Origin: Nanobdellati archaeon
Lineage (GTDB): Archaea > EX4484-52 > GLR71
Assembly (NCBI GenBank): GCA_019429005.1
Contig: JAHYJR010000001.1
Coordinates: 72,663 to 136,662, forward strand
DNA: 64,000 nt
Direction of reading: 5' to 3'
Made by a program: the position numbers and the translations under genes. Shown one piece after another: positions 1 to 12,500 of the stretch (positions are counted from its first letter, which is position 1; each line of letters starts with the position of its first letter). The notes beneath the pieces are model-generated. The model saw only the letters and a list, made by a program, of their open reading frames with translations, ran no database searches and had not been told where the DNA came from.

Positions 1-811
1 GCCCCCCCCTTGATACTGCTTGCTGTGCAAACTCATAAATCATCATCTGTGCTAATTGTTTGATTCTAGATTCATCAAGACCAACAAGGAATGGTGCCAT
101 AAATACGTTGACTGCATCCCACCCAATTGCACCTGCAAAATGTCCTTGTAACGCTGCAGCAAACTTCGTAAGATGTAATATTAAAACTTCGGGATGCTTA
201 GCTGGACCCGCAACAGCATAATTACCACGCCCATCCATAACAAGACCAAACTTCTTCAAATACTCTACGGATTGACCAGAACAATAAGGCCTATCAATAA
301 AATCAAGATCATGAAGATGTATCCTACCATTCTGATATGCTTTTCCAACATCCTCTGAAAAAACATTAAGAAGTGCATATTCTTTTTTAGCATGCCCTGC
401 TAATGTCAAATTTATCGCTTCAGAATTATGATGAACATTAGAATTTTCTTTATTACTTAAAAAAAATAAATTTGTCATATCATATAAAGGCATACCCAAC
501 CTTGTATGTAACTTACGATAATGTTCATACCCATGTTCAATTAATTTAGAATTAACTATTTCTCTAATAAGTGGTGCTGATATAAATTTAGCACCTGAAT
601 TTTTAATAAATTTTTCTGCTTCAATTGCAATTACTTGAGCTTGATGTTTTGGCATACCCGTTTCCCGATTAAGTGCTTCTGTAATCTTTTCTTTATTCCA
701 ATTTAAGATATCGTCACCACTTGTCCTTACAAAAAGAATATTGTCGGTAGTGTCACCAGAGCTTCCATTATTATTATTATTATTATTGTTATTTTTATTT
801 TTGTTTACCAT
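1..811 (-). CDS. nrdD: Anaerobic (class III) ribonucleoside-triphosphate reductase, N-terminal part with ATP-cone; runs off window start
   Basis: Not in ORF track; manual translation from ATG at 811 (GGTGG SD upstream): MVNKNKNNNN...VRTSGDDILNWNKEKITEAL...APLIREIVNSKL (ATP-cone)...GRIHLHDLDFIDRPYC...PAKHPEV...QGHFAGAIG...SRGG. Confidence 0.9.
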   Translation of the reverse strand, partial: MVNKNKNNNNNNNNNGSSGDTTDNILFVRTSGDDILNWNKEKITEALNRETGMPKHQAQVIAIEAEKFIKNSGAKFISAPLIREIVNSKLIEHGYEHYRKLHTRLGMPLYDMTNLFFLSNKENSNVHHNSEAINLTLAGHAKKEYALLNVFSEDVGKAYQNGRIHLHDLDFIDRPYCSGQSVEYLKKFGLVMDGRGNYAVAGPAKHPEVLILHLTKFAAALQGHFAGAIGWDAVNVFMAPFLVGLDESRIKQLAQMMIYEFAQQAVSRGG

Positions 812-1164
812 CAAACCACCTTGAAAAAGAATAAGCATAATTATACAGAAACATTAAAAAGTCTGTTTGTTTAAACGCAATTATAAAACAGTAGTATATC
901 CAACACATACTATTAATTAACAGTCACTGAAACACAATAAGATCATTATTTATAAACAAATTAAAAAAAATTATTTATTTTTTAAAAAAACTATTTTTGA
1001 AAATATTTTAAAAAGAATTCAATAAGAACTTTTCAAAAAATACAACAATCTATAAACAAAATAAAATTAAAACCAAAATACATATATACGCCTAAAAACT
1101 AATACAATTTAGAACAAAGCTAAAACAGCCAATACAATCAACAAAAAATAAAGAGGGAGTTTAC

Positions 1165-1539
1165 ATGGTAAGAAAAACAATTAAAAACAATATTAAAAAA
1201 CAACATGCAGATATGATTGGAAGCACAAGTTTTATACTTGGTGTACTTATTGCAATTATCGCGGGTTTACCATTAGGTAATGTTATACCGTCTGATGCAG
1301 CAGCAATAATCCTTGTTGTATTCGGTTTAATTGTAGGAACACTAAATATAAATGATTCTGAAATCACAAAATTTTTGATAGCATCAATGGCATTCATCGT
1401 TGTTGGAACATCCCCAATAACATTATTGCCAATAATTGGTCCAACAATAGGACAAATTTTGATATATATCACATATTTTGTTGCACCTGCAACATTAATT
1501 GTTGCTCTTGAAGCAATACATGAAGTAGTAAGGTCTTAA
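1165..1539 (+). CDS. Small multi-pass membrane protein of unknown function
   Basis: 124 aa, about 4 hydrophobic segments; GAGGGAG SD-like motif upstream; hairpin at the stop codon. Confidence 0.75.
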   Translation: MVRKTIKNNIKKQHADMIGSTSFILGVLIAIIAGLPLGNVIPSDAAAIILVVFGLIVGTLNINDSEITKFLIASMAFIVVGTSPITLLPIIGPTIGQILIYITYFVAPATLIVALEAIHEVVRS

Positions 1540-1562
1540 AGACCTTACATTTTTTATTTTTT
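1528..1562 (+). terminator. Hairpin plus T-tract terminator candidate
   Basis: Perfect 9-bp inverted repeat GTAAGGTCT-taa-AGACCTTAC (loop is the stop codon) followed by T-runs, between convergent genes. Confidence 0.5.
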
Positions 1563-1593
1563 AAAAAAAACTAAAAACAAATTAAAACAAAAA

Positions 1594-1992
1594 TTAATTC
1601 TCAAAAAACCAAATATCATCTGAAATTATTTCGAAAACACTATTATAGATATCAACACTGCCACTAATACACACAATATCAGAAGTGTCTAAAAATAATG
1701 AAACTTCTTTTGATTTTGCAATATCTTTGAAAAAAACAACAAGAATTTTATTACTTATATTATTTATATCTGAAAAAACCGCAAAAAAATGACCATCTTT
1801 AGTTAAACTATAAGAATCAACAAAACCACAAACAGATACAAAATCACCAATAAAATCATAATCAATATCTTGTATTTCAACAAGATCTGGTTTAAATGAA
1901 GAAGAAATAAAAACGAAAATAATACCAAATGAAAAAACAAGTAGACTTAAAAAAATAACATCTTTATCTTCTAATTTATACATAAGAATCAC
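1594..1992 (-). CDS. Membrane-anchored OB-fold protein
   Basis: N-terminal hydrophobic helix, then IGDFVSVCGFV...GHFF...VVFF...VCISGSVDIYNSVFEII, an OB-fold strand pattern; true start may be 1983. Confidence 0.65.
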   Translation of the reverse strand: MILMYKLEDKDVIFLSLLVFSFGIIFVFISSSFKPDLVEIQDIDYDFIGDFVSVCGFVDSYSLTKDGHFFAVFSDINNISNKILVVFFKDIAKSKEVSLFLDTSDIVCISGSVDIYNSVFEIISDDIWFFEN

Positions 1993-2542
1993 TTAAAAAA
2001 GAAAAACGGTTCTTTATAGAATATACTATACCAAGCGGTGTAAGTGTGCTATCTTTAAGTAAAACCTCATTCAATTTAAAGGGTTTTGATACAAAAGTAT
2101 TATAATCAGATAATGCTGTTTCTAACTTTTTAACATCACAAGATTTTTTAAAACGACCCAATGTTACATGAGGAATAAAACGAATTTCATGTGTAAATCC
2201 AAATTTTTCAAGAACAGTGCCTATAGTATTATAAATTTCTAAAAGTTTTTTATTCTCTTTTACACCAACCCATAAAACTCGCGCATCTTCAACATTAGGA
2301 AAAACGCCAACATTTTCAAGATCTAATTCTAAATCCATATATCTTTCTAATTTTGGAGTTAAAACAGAATTAATCTTTTGAATAAGGTGTTCATCTACAT
2401 TTCCAAGATATTTGAGAGTAATATGCATATTATCCGATTTTATATAATTAAAATTATCTAATCTTTCAGCCAAATCAACTTGCATATTTACAAGCCCTCT
2501 TCTAATAGCATAAGGTATATCAAAACAGAAGAAACATCTCAT
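1976..2542 (-). CDS. thpR: RNA 2',3'-cyclic phosphodiesterase (2H phosphoesterase, LigT/ThpR)
   Basis: Two HxT motifs (MHITLKYLG, PHVTLGR); GVFP..ARVLWVG; 188 aa. Confidence 0.9.
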   Translation of the reverse strand: MRCFFCFDIPYAIRRGLVNMQVDLAERLDNFNYIKSDNMHITLKYLGNVDEHLIQKINSVLTPKLERYMDLELDLENVGVFPNVEDARVLWVGVKENKKLLEIYNTIGTVLEKFGFTHEIRFIPHVTLGRFKKSCDVKKLETALSDYNTFVSKPFKLNEVLLKDSTLTPLGIVYSIKNRFSFLSDSYV

Positions 2543-2624
2543 AATAAGATATATCTATACATAGATTTATATTTATTCGTCATATAGAATATTAATATAA
2601 CACTTAAATTCACATGAAACACAC

Positions 2625-3812
2625 GTGAACCTTATGAAATCAATACAAAACTATGATTGGTATACTGAAATGGGATGGACCCGAAACCCCTTCTCTCTAG
2701 ATATATACCCTGAATTATTTGTTGGACACGAAAATGAAATAAAAACTATTAAAAATAGCATTAAAAACAATCAAAAATTCATATTAATCACAGGCCCAAC
2801 AGGTATTGGAAAAACAACATTTCTCAAATGGATTACCACACAATATGATACAGTCTATATTCCTAAACCACCAATAGATGAAAAAGAACTCGTTACGATA
2901 TTCAAAAATACTATATTAAAAAAAACAATAATTGAAAAAATCATAGCAAAACTAACAGGAGAACAAGATGTAAACATATACAATCTTGCAGAAATGATTA
3001 ACAAACATAAAAAGAATAAACAATTGATATTTATCGTTGATGAGGCACATGAAACTAGTTTACATGTACTTGAATGGTTACGAACCTTAACAGATCATAT
3101 TGAAAATTCAATACTTATATTATCAGGCCTTAGAAAACTTAAAACAGACAAATTAAACAATATCGAAACATTAGATACTAGGATTAACGTGAACGTGCAA
3201 TTAAGTACGTTAACTAAAAATGAAAGTGTAAAATTAGTTAAAAAACGTATCGAATCTGTGGGGGGTCAAAACATTAACCCATTCACACTCGACACAATCT
3301 CGGAAATATACACAATATGTGGTGGGTTTCCAAGAGAAACAATAAAAATCTGTAACAAATTAATATTAAATGCAATTAACACTAAATCTATGATAATAGA
3401 CAATATAGATGAAGAAAACGAAAACACACAAGAAGACAAAAAACAACTAACAGAACATACTGATAAGAATAATACAATACAAATGGTAAACAAAGAACAA
3501 CGTGAACAAAAAAGTGTATTGTACCATAAATATATGACAGATACAAATCAAATAACACGAAACAGTATAGATATGCTTACAAAAAAACAAAGGGATATTA
3601 TAAATATATTATCAAATAAACCAGCAACACCAACTAACATTATTAATATAATCAGCTTAAAGGAATATAAAACGAAAAATCATGCATTACGATCAATAAA
3701 TAATATATTACGACGTTTAGTCGATTCAGGATATATTACACGTGAACGTCAAGGTAAAGCCTATATATACAAATTGACCCCTAAAGTAAAAGTGTTTTTG
3801 ATAGATAATTAA
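2625..3812 (+). CDS. AAA+ ATPase (ExeA-like N-terminus) with C-terminal winged HTH
   Basis: GWTRNPF, Walker A GPTGIGKT, Walker B IVDEAH, GGFPRE; C-terminal ILRRLVDSGYITRERQGKAYIY wHTH. Confidence 0.8.
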   Translation: MNLMKSIQNYDWYTEMGWTRNPFSLDIYPELFVGHENEIKTIKNSIKNNQKFILITGPTGIGKTTFLKWITTQYDTVYIPKPPIDEKELVTIFKNTILKKTIIEKIIAKLTGEQDVNIYNLAEMINKHKKNKQLIFIVDEAHETSLHVLEWLRTLTDHIENSILILSGLRKLKTDKLNNIETLDTRINVNVQLSTLTKNESVKLVKKRIESVGGQNINPFTLDTISEIYTICGGFPRETIKICNKLILNAINTKSMIIDNIDEENENTQEDKKQLTEHTDKNNTIQMVNKEQREQKSVLYHKYMTDTNQITRNSIDMLTKKQRDIINILSNKPATPTNIINIISLKEYKTKNHALRSINNILRRLVDSGYITRERQGKAYIYKLTPKVKVFLIDN

Positions 3813-3851
3813 GATACAGAAATAATAGATAGTTAAAAACATAACATATAG

Positions 3852-4556
3852 ATGTTTATTATGGAATTAAACACAATAATATTAATAATTTTAACAATTT
3901 TAATGGTTGTAAGTATCTTATTTAATCAAAAATATTTTAATAAAACAGCAATAATTATCGCGTTATTATTTGGAATAATTATAACACAAACAAAGGGCTT
4001 GCGTTGGTTTTTAATATTATTCACATTCTTAATTATAAGTATACTCGCAACACATATCAATTCAAAAATAAAGGGTGTACACCATAGTTCACGTGAAACT
4101 GATAATGTATTATCAAATGGTTTAGTACCATTAATGAGTGCAATTTATTCTATTAAAAACAATGACCCTATATTTTTCTTAATATACCTTGGAAGTATAT
4201 CTGCAGCATTAGCAGACACAATTAGTTCGGAAATCGGTATGTTGTCAAAAAAAGACCCAATAATGATAACAACGCTTAAAAAAACAAAAAGTGGTGAAAA
4301 TGGAGGTATTTCTATATTAGGATTTATAGCCGCAATCACAAGTTGCACAATTTTAGCAATTATAACATACATACTATTTGATATAAATTATACAATATTT
4401 ATTGCAATAATTATCTCAGGTCTTATTGGTACGATTATTGATAGTATACTTGGAGCAACACTTGAAAATAAAAATAAAATAACAAATGGCTCTGTAAATT
4501 TCATAACAACATTATTTGGAGGTATAATACTCGTAGTAATAACATTATTACTTTAA
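3852..4556 (+). CDS. DUF92/TMEM19-family membrane protein
   Basis: NVLSNG, ADTISSEIG, GENGGIS, DSILGATLE, NGSVNF motifs. Confidence 0.85.
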   Translation: MFIMELNTIILIILTILMVVSILFNQKYFNKTAIIIALLFGIIITQTKGLRWFLILFTFLIISILATHINSKIKGVHHSSRETDNVLSNGLVPLMSAIYSIKNNDPIFFLIYLGSISAALADTISSEIGMLSKKDPIMITTLKKTKSGENGGISILGFIAAITSCTILAIITYILFDINYTIFIAIIISGLIGTIIDSILGATLENKNKITNGSVNFITTLFGGIILVVITLLL

Positions 4557-4685
4557 ACAACCAATAAAACACCAAATAAAAAGAATATTTATAAACTTTT
4601 ACGACAAATAATTATTTAAAAAAGTATAGCCTCATTTAAAAAAATAAAAAACACAAAATTACATAATCAAATTGGTGAAATAAAA

Positions 4686-4946
4686 ATGGATACATTTGTA
4701 AAAGGTAGGGAACTTATAGGAAAAACGGTTGTTTGTGAAGAAAACGGACGGAAATTTGGAATCGTTGGAGATCTTAGTTTTATAACAGACACAGGCGAAC
4801 TTTTAAATTTGTTAATTACAGAACCAACAAAACACGCATTAGAATTACAATTACAACAAGATGAAAAGGGTCGATTTTTAATCCCGTTCTCATCAGTTAA
4901 ATCAGTTAGTGATTTTGTTATAGTTACAGAAAAAGAGATATTCTAA
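4686..4946 (+). CDS. PRC-barrel protein (CdpB-like; possible cell-division role)
   Basis: [19 protein letters not shown]...[15 protein letters not shown]; GGTGA SD. Confidence 0.85.
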   Translation: MDTFVKGRELIGKTVVCEENGRKFGIVGDLSFITDTGELLNLLITEPTKHALELQLQQDEKGRFLIPFSSVKSVSDFVIVTEKEIF

Positions 4947-5953
4947 TCAGAGATATCTCCTTCTTCTTTTTTTTCTTTGAAAACACGTGGTTTTCGAGCA
5001 GCCCCAACAGCATCCCCAATACCCTCTTCAGTAATAGTATATATCGCTTCACCGTCCGGAAGATATGGACTATCTACAAGTTTTGCAACCCGCAAATTCT
5101 GTTTACTTTTTCTAAGATACAGCCTAAATGTTGATGTATGACCAACAATATGTCCCCCAATAGCCTCAGTCGGATCACCAAATAACACATTAGGTCTTGA
5201 CATAACTTGATTTGTAACAAAAATTGCCGCATTATAATTATCAGATAATTTTTGAAGATCATGCATATGCCTATTTAATTTTTGTTGACGTGCAGACAAA
5301 GTACCACGACCAACATAATCAGTTCTAAATTGAGCAGTAAGCGAATCAACTATAACAAGCCGTATATCTTTTTCTTTCATAATTGATTGTGCTTTTTCAA
5401 CCAAAATCATTTGATGATCTGAATTATATGCCCTTGCAATAAAAATATTTTCCAAAATCTTTTTTGGATCTAAACCTTTAGCAATAGCCATCTGTTCAAT
5501 TCGCTCAGGCCTAAATGTGTTTTCAGTATCAATATATAACACACGACCCTTAAGACCCCCGTCTTTAACAGGCATCTGGACATTTACAGCAAGCTGATGT
5601 GCAATCTGTGTTTTGGACGAACCAAAAGCACCATAACATTCAGTTATTGCCTGTGTTTCTAGACCTCCATTCATAAGCTCATTAAGAGTTTCAGAACCAA
5701 ATGTAATTTTACCAATCAATTTTCGTTTTTCAAGAGCTTTAAGACCTGTTTCAAAACCCATATCAAGTGCATCTCGTGCTGAATTAATTATCTTTGCCGC
5801 AACACCTTCACCAATATCCGCAATAACTGCAACATCTGACGCATTTGCTGTTGCAAGACACATAAGATCTGAATACCCTGCGTCTTCTAATTTTTCTGAA
5901 GTCTTTGGACCAATACCCGGTAAATCTTTAAGCGATTTCATAACACATAACAC
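4943..5953 (-). CDS. radA: DNA repair and recombination protein RadA
   Basis: Hh[37 protein letters not shown]; likely start 5941. Confidence 0.97.
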   Translation of the reverse strand: MLCVMKSLKDLPGIGPKTSEKLEDAGYSDLMCLATANASDVAVIADIGEGVAAKIINSARDALDMGFETGLKALEKRKLIGKITFGSETLNELMNGGLETQAITECYGAFGSSKTQIAHQLAVNVQMPVKDGGLKGRVLYIDTENTFRPERIEQMAIAKGLDPKKILENIFIARAYNSDHQMILVEKAQSIMKEKDIRLVIVDSLTAQFRTDYVGRGTLSARQQKLNRHMHDLQKLSDNYNAAIFVTNQVMSRPNVLFGDPTEAIGGHIVGHTSTFRLYLRKSKQNLRVAKLVDSPYLPDGEAIYTITEEGIGDAVGAARKPRVFKEKKEEGDISD

Positions 5954-5963
5954 CCTATATATT

Positions 5964-6953
5964 TTATAATAATTTTTTTATTTCGTTTTCAATATTAAGC
6001 TCATCTACCCCTTTAACGAGTAACTCTAAAGTACCAGTAAATGAATTATTTTTTATTGTTCCATCTATAACAAATTCTTTCCCAATAATATCTAAAGAAG
6101 ATATAAATGTATCATAACCTTGAGATAATTTTGATTCTAACGTCAAAACATCTTGACCTATAATAAATTCTGCATCCGTCCCAAAAAAAGTTGTGTCAAT
6201 TACATTATAACCATCATCAACTACACACGAGATAATAACCTGTTTTTCAGGAACGATCATGCCATGAACATCACAAGAATCCCCAACAAGCTTTTTTCTG
6301 CATTCAGGACACATATCATACACTTGTGGTTTTTTATTAATCTCAAGAATAATGGCTTTGATATTTACTATATCATTTTCAGAAAAATTTGAAAGTGTTC
6401 CTTTCAAAGACGAAAAAGAATGAGATACTACTGAAGATAATAATGAATTTTGTTCAATTATTTTTTTATTTGTTGTTTTTTTTAAAACACCGCTACGACC
6501 GAGATTTACAGTCAATACACCCATATAATTCTCTTTAGAATATGCTTTTTTAATATCTACAATATCACCAACAACAACACCCTCTAATTTATCAATATCA
6601 TCATTCCATAAAGTCAACTCAATAACACCACTAATATCACCAACTTTTATAGTCTGTAAACGACCATTAAAACGTGCAGTATTAATAACTTTAACAGGAT
6701 ATAACTCAAAAACCTTTGCAGAAAAATTTAAAGAACTCATACCATCAAAAATATCCGAAATGTTTGTTGAAAGATCCATAGGTTTTATTAAATCACAACC
6801 CAATTCTCGACCAACAAGATGTATTGCGCCAATTCTAGACACAAGACCTGAAAATTCAGATTCGGTTTCCAAAACTTTTTTTAGAATTTCATCAATTTTT
6901 ATACCAGATACTTTTGATATTTGTGATAAAACTTTATCATTTTCTACATCCAT
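5964..6953 (-). CDS. rpa: Replication protein A (OB folds plus Zn finger)
   Basis: [16 protein letters not shown] fold; CPEC...CDVHG Zn finger; adjacent to radA. Confidence 0.85.
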   Translation of the reverse strand: MDVENDKVLSQISKVSGIKIDEILKKVLETESEFSGLVSRIGAIHLVGRELGCDLIKPMDLSTNISDIFDGMSSLNFSAKVFELYPVKVINTARFNGRLQTIKVGDISGVIELTLWNDDIDKLEGVVVGDIVDIKKAYSKENYMGVLTVNLGRSGVLKKTTNKKIIEQNSLLSSVVSHSFSSLKGTLSNFSENDIVNIKAIILEINKKPQVYDMCPECRKKLVGDSCDVHGMIVPEKQVIISCVVDDGYNVIDTTFFGTDAEFIIGQDVLTLESKLSQGYDTFISSLDIIGKEFVIDGTIKNNSFTGTLELLVKGVDELNIENEIKKLL

Positions 6954-7046
6954 AAATATGATTACAATTCAAACCTTTATAAATACTTATAATACATAAA
7001 ATACCGCTTAGGCCTATAGCTTTAAAAAAACAAAAAATGAAAAGAG

Positions 7047-9389
7047 TTAACCAAAGTAACTCAAATCATCTTCTTTACTAATTTTTGATGCTTTTACTTT
7101 TTTATCGTAATTCTCAATATCTTTAGCAGTCGCAGTTGCTTTAACCCTTTCAAAAGCTTTTTCAAAATCAACCATTTTTATCTCTTTAGCTTTAAGATTG
7201 CTTGACCTTAATGCGTTTATTGCAGCCTCCCTACAAATTGCTTCTATATCAGCACCAACATAATTCTCAGACAGTTCAACAAGCTTATTGATATCAACAT
7301 CTTTAGTAAGCGGCATTTTCTTCAAATAAATATTAAATATTGATTTTCTTGCGTCCGTATCTGGAACCGGCACATAAAGATGTCTATCAAACCGTCCAGG
7401 CCTAAGTAAACCCATATCTAATAATTCTGGTCGATTTGTTGCAGCCACAACAACAACACCCTCTAAACTTTCAAGACCATCCATCTCAGTCAAAAGCTGG
7501 TTCACCACACGATCCGCCACACCCGAATCCATGCCATGACCTCTCTTTGGTGCAATTGAATCGATTTCGTCAATAAATATTATTGATGGTGCAACTTGTT
7601 TTGCTCGCTTGAATAAATCACGTATAGCTTTTTCACTCTCACCAACATATTTATCAAAAATTTCGGGACCCTTAATTGAAATAAAATTACTCTTACTTTT
7701 TGATGCTACAGCACGAGCAAGAAGTGTCTTTCCAGTCCCAGGCAAACCATAAAGCAATATCCCTCTTGGTGGTTTTATACCCATATTCTTAAATACTTCT
7801 GGTGTTTTTAAAGGCCATTCAATCATTTCAATCAATGACTGTTTTGCATCTTTTAAACCACCCACATCATCCCACTTGACGCGGGGAATCTCAACCATAA
7901 TCTCACGCATAGCTGAAGGTTCAACAAAACGAAGTGCATTCTGAAAATCTTTCTTAATAACAGTTATCTTCTCAATTATTTTTGGATCAATCATATCATC
8001 CTTAAGATTTATATTTGGTAGATTCCGCCTAAGCGAACTCATAGCAGCCTCTTTACAAAGAGCATTCAGATCAGCCCCAACATAACCATAAGTTTCATCT
8101 GCAATTTTCTCTAAATCAACAGCATTATTTGAAACACTTTTTTGCTTATCCTCTGAAACCTCTTTTAGCTTATCTTCTGAAACACCTTTTAAAGTATCCC
8201 TTTTTGAAAGAGGCATATTCCTTGTATGTATTTGAAGAACTTCAAGTCGTCCATCTCGTGTTGGTACACCAACTTCAATCTCTCGATCAAATCTGCCACC
8301 ACGACGTAATGCAGGATCAATTGAATTTATAAGATTAGTCGCAGCAATCACAACAACTTGTCCTCTACCTTTAAGGCCATCCATTAAAGATAAAAGTTGT
8401 GCCACAACACGACGCTCAACTTCACCACTTTTTTCCCGTTTGGGTGCAAGTGCATCAATCTCATCTATAAAAATAATACTAGGTGCATTGTCTTCAGCTT
8501 CTTTAAAGATTTTTCTAACATTCTCTTCGCTTTCACCATAGAACTTACTCATAACTTCAGGTCCTGCAATTGAATAAAAACTTGCACCTGTTTCAGCGGC
8601 AACAGCTCTTGCAAGAAGTGTTTTTCCCGTTCCAGGGGGACCATATAAAAGAACACCTTTAGGTGGGTCAATACCAAGTTTTGTAAAAAGTTCAGGATGT
8701 TTAAGTGGTAATTCAATCATTTCACGAACTTTTGTAACAACCTCTTTAAGCCCACCAACATCTTCATACGTAACTGCACCAATACCCCCTTGCTCCTCAG
8801 GAAGATCAACCGGAGTACTCAATACTTTAATATCGGTCAAATCTGTAATCTTACTTATACCGGGAAAATCTGAAGAAACAACAACAAAACGAAGTTCACC
8901 AAAACCAAAACCGCCTAACATTTCATCAACATCAATACCTATAAAATCACCTAATTGTGATTTAGTACGACGTATACGATTTATTGGTACAATTATGTCA
9001 CCTTTAATAACAATACGCCCCATAAAAAGACGTTTTATATGTTCAATAGGAACTTGTGGTATATTATGTTCAGCAGGAGCAATTGTAATCTTTTTTGCTT
9101 CTTTAAGAACAAGTGGTTTTACTGTAACTTGCTCACCAATACCCGTACCTGCATTACGTCGTGTATACCCATCCATCCTGATGATATTACTAAGTCCAAC
9201 ATCTGAAGGATACGCACGAACAGCAATAGCACCTGTTAATTTTTTACCTTCAATACTAACAGGATCACCTTCACGAATATTTAATTCGCGCAATATTTTA
9301 GTATCAAACCGAACTATACCTATACCAATATCTGCTTGTGCATTTGATGGTATTTCGCCAACCCTTAATTGAACTTCTTTATCTATCAT
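7047..9389 (-). CDS. cdc48: CDC48/VCP-family AAA ATPase
   Basis: N-domain plus two AAA modules ([29 protein letters not shown]); C-terminal YFG. Confidence 0.97.
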   Translation of the reverse strand: MIDKEVQLRVGEIPSNAQADIGIGIVRFDTKILRELNIREGDPVSIEGKKLTGAIAVRAYPSDVGLSNIIRMDGYTRRNAGTGIGEQVTVKPLVLKEAKKITIAPAEHNIPQVPIEHIKRLFMGRIVIKGDIIVPINRIRRTKSQLGDFIGIDVDEMLGGFGFGELRFVVVSSDFPGISKITDLTDIKVLSTPVDLPEEQGGIGAVTYEDVGGLKEVVTKVREMIELPLKHPELFTKLGIDPPKGVLLYGPPGTGKTLLARAVAAETGASFYSIAGPEVMSKFYGESEENVRKIFKEAEDNAPSIIFIDEIDALAPKREKSGEVERRVVAQLLSLMDGLKGRGQVVVIAATNLINSIDPALRRGGRFDREIEVGVPTRDGRLEVLQIHTRNMPLSKRDTLKGVSEDKLKEVSEDKQKSVSNNAVDLEKIADETYGYVGADLNALCKEAAMSSLRRNLPNINLKDDMIDPKIIEKITVIKKDFQNALRFVEPSAMREIMVEIPRVKWDDVGGLKDAKQSLIEMIEWPLKTPEVFKNMGIKPPRGILLYGLPGTGKTLLARAVASKSKSNFISIKGPEIFDKYVGESEKAIRDLFKRAKQVAPSIIFIDEIDSIAPKRGHGMDSGVADRVVNQLLTEMDGLESLEGVVVVAATNRPELLDMGLLRPGRFDRHLYVPVPDTDARKSIFNIYLKKMPLTKDVDINKLVELSENYVGADIEAICREAAINALRSSNLKAKEIKMVDFEKAFERVKATATAKDIENYDKKVKASKISKEDDLSYFG

Positions 9390-9594
9390 AAAATACCACG
9401 TATTAAATATAATTAATTACATAATTTTTAAAATAATTTTTAATATAAAACACTTAATTTTTAATGTTAAATATTAATTCAAACTAGTATATCTATTTTT
9501 ATTCGCCAATATATAAAAATATTGTTTATTGAAACAAAAACAGAACCGGATATAAAAAATAAATTATATATGGATAGATATACAAAAGTATATA

Positions 9595-12500
9595 ATGTCA
9601 CAAAAAAAAATTAAAAAAAACAAAAAAACGACATTCATGTACTTAAAAATAATATCCTTAATAATATTTATATTTCTTTTAATCCTCCCAAATACCTATG
9701 CTCAATCACCCGGACCAAAAATCCTTTTAGTTGATGATGATCATAACTTATATGATTATGACTTTAAAGAATATTATATAACAGCCTTAAGTTCTTATAA
9801 TTATGAAAACTTTACTGTAGATTCTCTAAATAATGGACCAACATATAACCAAATGAAAGATTATGATATAGTTATCTGGTTTACTGGAAAAACATCACAA
9901 CTATCTGAAATAATAACCTTGACTACTAAAGATGAAACAAATTTGATAGAGTATCTTGATAATGGAGGTAACCTTTTTATTAGCAGTTCTTTATTAGGTT
10001 TTGACCTTAAAGATAACCTACCTGATTATACTAGTATATTTTATAATAACTATTTACAAACAACATATAATTCTGTTAATACATACATATCTCTAACAAA
10101 TACAAATGATTCTGTAAGTCACAATTTAGAATTAAATTTAACACAAATACCAATAAACAATCTTCAAACTAAAATAGAATATAATCCAATAAGATATCCC
10201 AATATTAGCACCGTATATAAATCCGGCAATATTAAAGCAGCAATAAAAACAAATACAGAAACCTATAAAGTCGTGTATTTCGCATTTGGATTCGAAGCAG
10301 TTACAACATTTACAGGTGATTCAAAAACACCATCCAAATTAAGATCTGAATTAATGGTAAACATAATAAACTACTTATACACACCTGAAACAAATTCAAT
10401 CGTAATTGACCCACCAATAACTAGTGGAAATATCACAATCACTGCAAACTGTTATGATTCTGAGATATATTCAAACATAAAATCCGCAGAATATTATATT
10501 GATGATGATAAACAAAGTAATGGAAATAATATCCAATTATTCGCATCAGACGGAACTTTCAATAATTATAATGAATCAATAAATGCTACAACAAACACAA
10601 GTTCTCTAACAGGTGGTGAACACACAATATATATCCATTGTCAAGACAAAGACGGATTCTGGGGTAAATATGATAATAAAACATTCACAGTCAGTACAGA
10701 TCAACCAATAACACCACAAATAACTGTCTTAGATAATGCGAATGGATATATTAAAAGCGAAATAACACAAATAAATATTAGCAAGATAAACAATACAAAC
10801 ACATATACCGTATCATTTTCTTGTGATAATCTATTATTTAGTGATGAAAATAATTTATATAGCTCTGACAACGTTAAGGGGGGAGTTTTACAACCAATAG
10901 AAATAGATTTTCATACATTTATCATAGACACAACAGACTCTTCTATGGGTTGTAACCAAACAGATGGTTTAAAAACAATATATCTTCGTGCAAAAAGCTA
11001 TGCTGGTATAGAAAACACAACACATACAAGTGACACAACAATACTTGACCGAGTTACACCCGAATTCGTATATGTTAATGTAACAGACCCAGATACCTAT
11101 TATATGGCAGGAGATAATGTAACAATACAAACAAATCTGAGTGAACCAAATCTAATAGTAGTAGCAGACCTCTCAAAAATAAATACTAACTTTTCGTTCA
11201 CACAACAATTAAATTATATTGAAAATGGTCTATATAAATATACGACAGAAAATCTTGACGCAAACGAAATGATAGAAGGCTTAAAAATCATAAAGCTAAC
11301 AGCAACAGACCTTGCAGGAAATGTGAAAACAAATGAATCGCTTCAAATCACTATAGATAAAACAGAACCAGACACACCCACTATGACTATACTAAATTAT
11401 TTAGGATATACACTATATGAAAAACCAGAAATAACAATATCAACAATATATTCAGAAAATCCTGCAGATTATATGGCATTCTCATGTGATAATAATTACT
11501 TTACACCATGGTACCCAATCTCAACAAGTTTCAATCAATTTAATACAACAAATACAACCTATGGTTGTTCTGAAACTGATGGAAACAAAACAATCTTTAT
11601 TAAAGTAAAGGATTATGCAGGAAATATTAACGCAGAACAGAATTCAAAATCCGTCATACTTGATAGAGAAAAACCATCAATTGATTCGCAATTACCTACA
11701 AACAATTCAAATATACAAGATATAATTGAATTCAATACAAACATATCAGAGGATAATGTAATCAATATATTTACATACAATACAACAGAAAGTAACCACA
11801 TTTCTCCGCCTGCAATATACAAAAACAATACATTCGCATCATATCTATTCACACCCTCTTGGCTTGAAGAAGGTATAAATAATATAATGTTATTTATGAA
11901 TGATTTTGCAGGAAACATAAAAGAATATATTTATTCCTATAGAATCGATAACACAAACCCAATAACCACTAACAATTATACATTTACAGACTGGCGTGGC
12001 ACAAATCAAGACATCAATCTAACCTGTAATGATATTGAGGGTAGTGGTTGTAACACAACAAAATATTGTATAATAAATAACACAGACCCTCCATGCACTC
12101 CTAATACTATTGGTATGTACATTACAATAAATTGCAATCAAAATGAAGCATGCAATAAAAAGATTTATTATTATTCAACAGATCTTGCAAAAAATTATGA
12201 AACATTTAAATCAACAAACGAAATAAAAATAGATAAAAAACCACCAGTTATAACAATAAATACTCCTGAGAATGGACAAACCTATGCAGCTACAATAAAT
12301 ATACTTACCGAAATAAACGATTATGAAATTGGAGATATTTCCTATGTCAGTTATAATATAAACAATACAATAGCAAACGGAACATTAAACGAATCCTTAT
12401 CTTGGGACACAACATGGAACAGTAGTATTTACACTAATGGTACATTCAATTTAACAGTATTTGCAAACGATACATTAGGAAATAATATAACAAAATCAAT

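Noticed and set aside
890-915. NrdR-box-like inverted repeat upstream of nrdD (TAGTAT..ATACTA)
   Set aside because: Short, AT-rich and single-copy; not distinguishable from chance.
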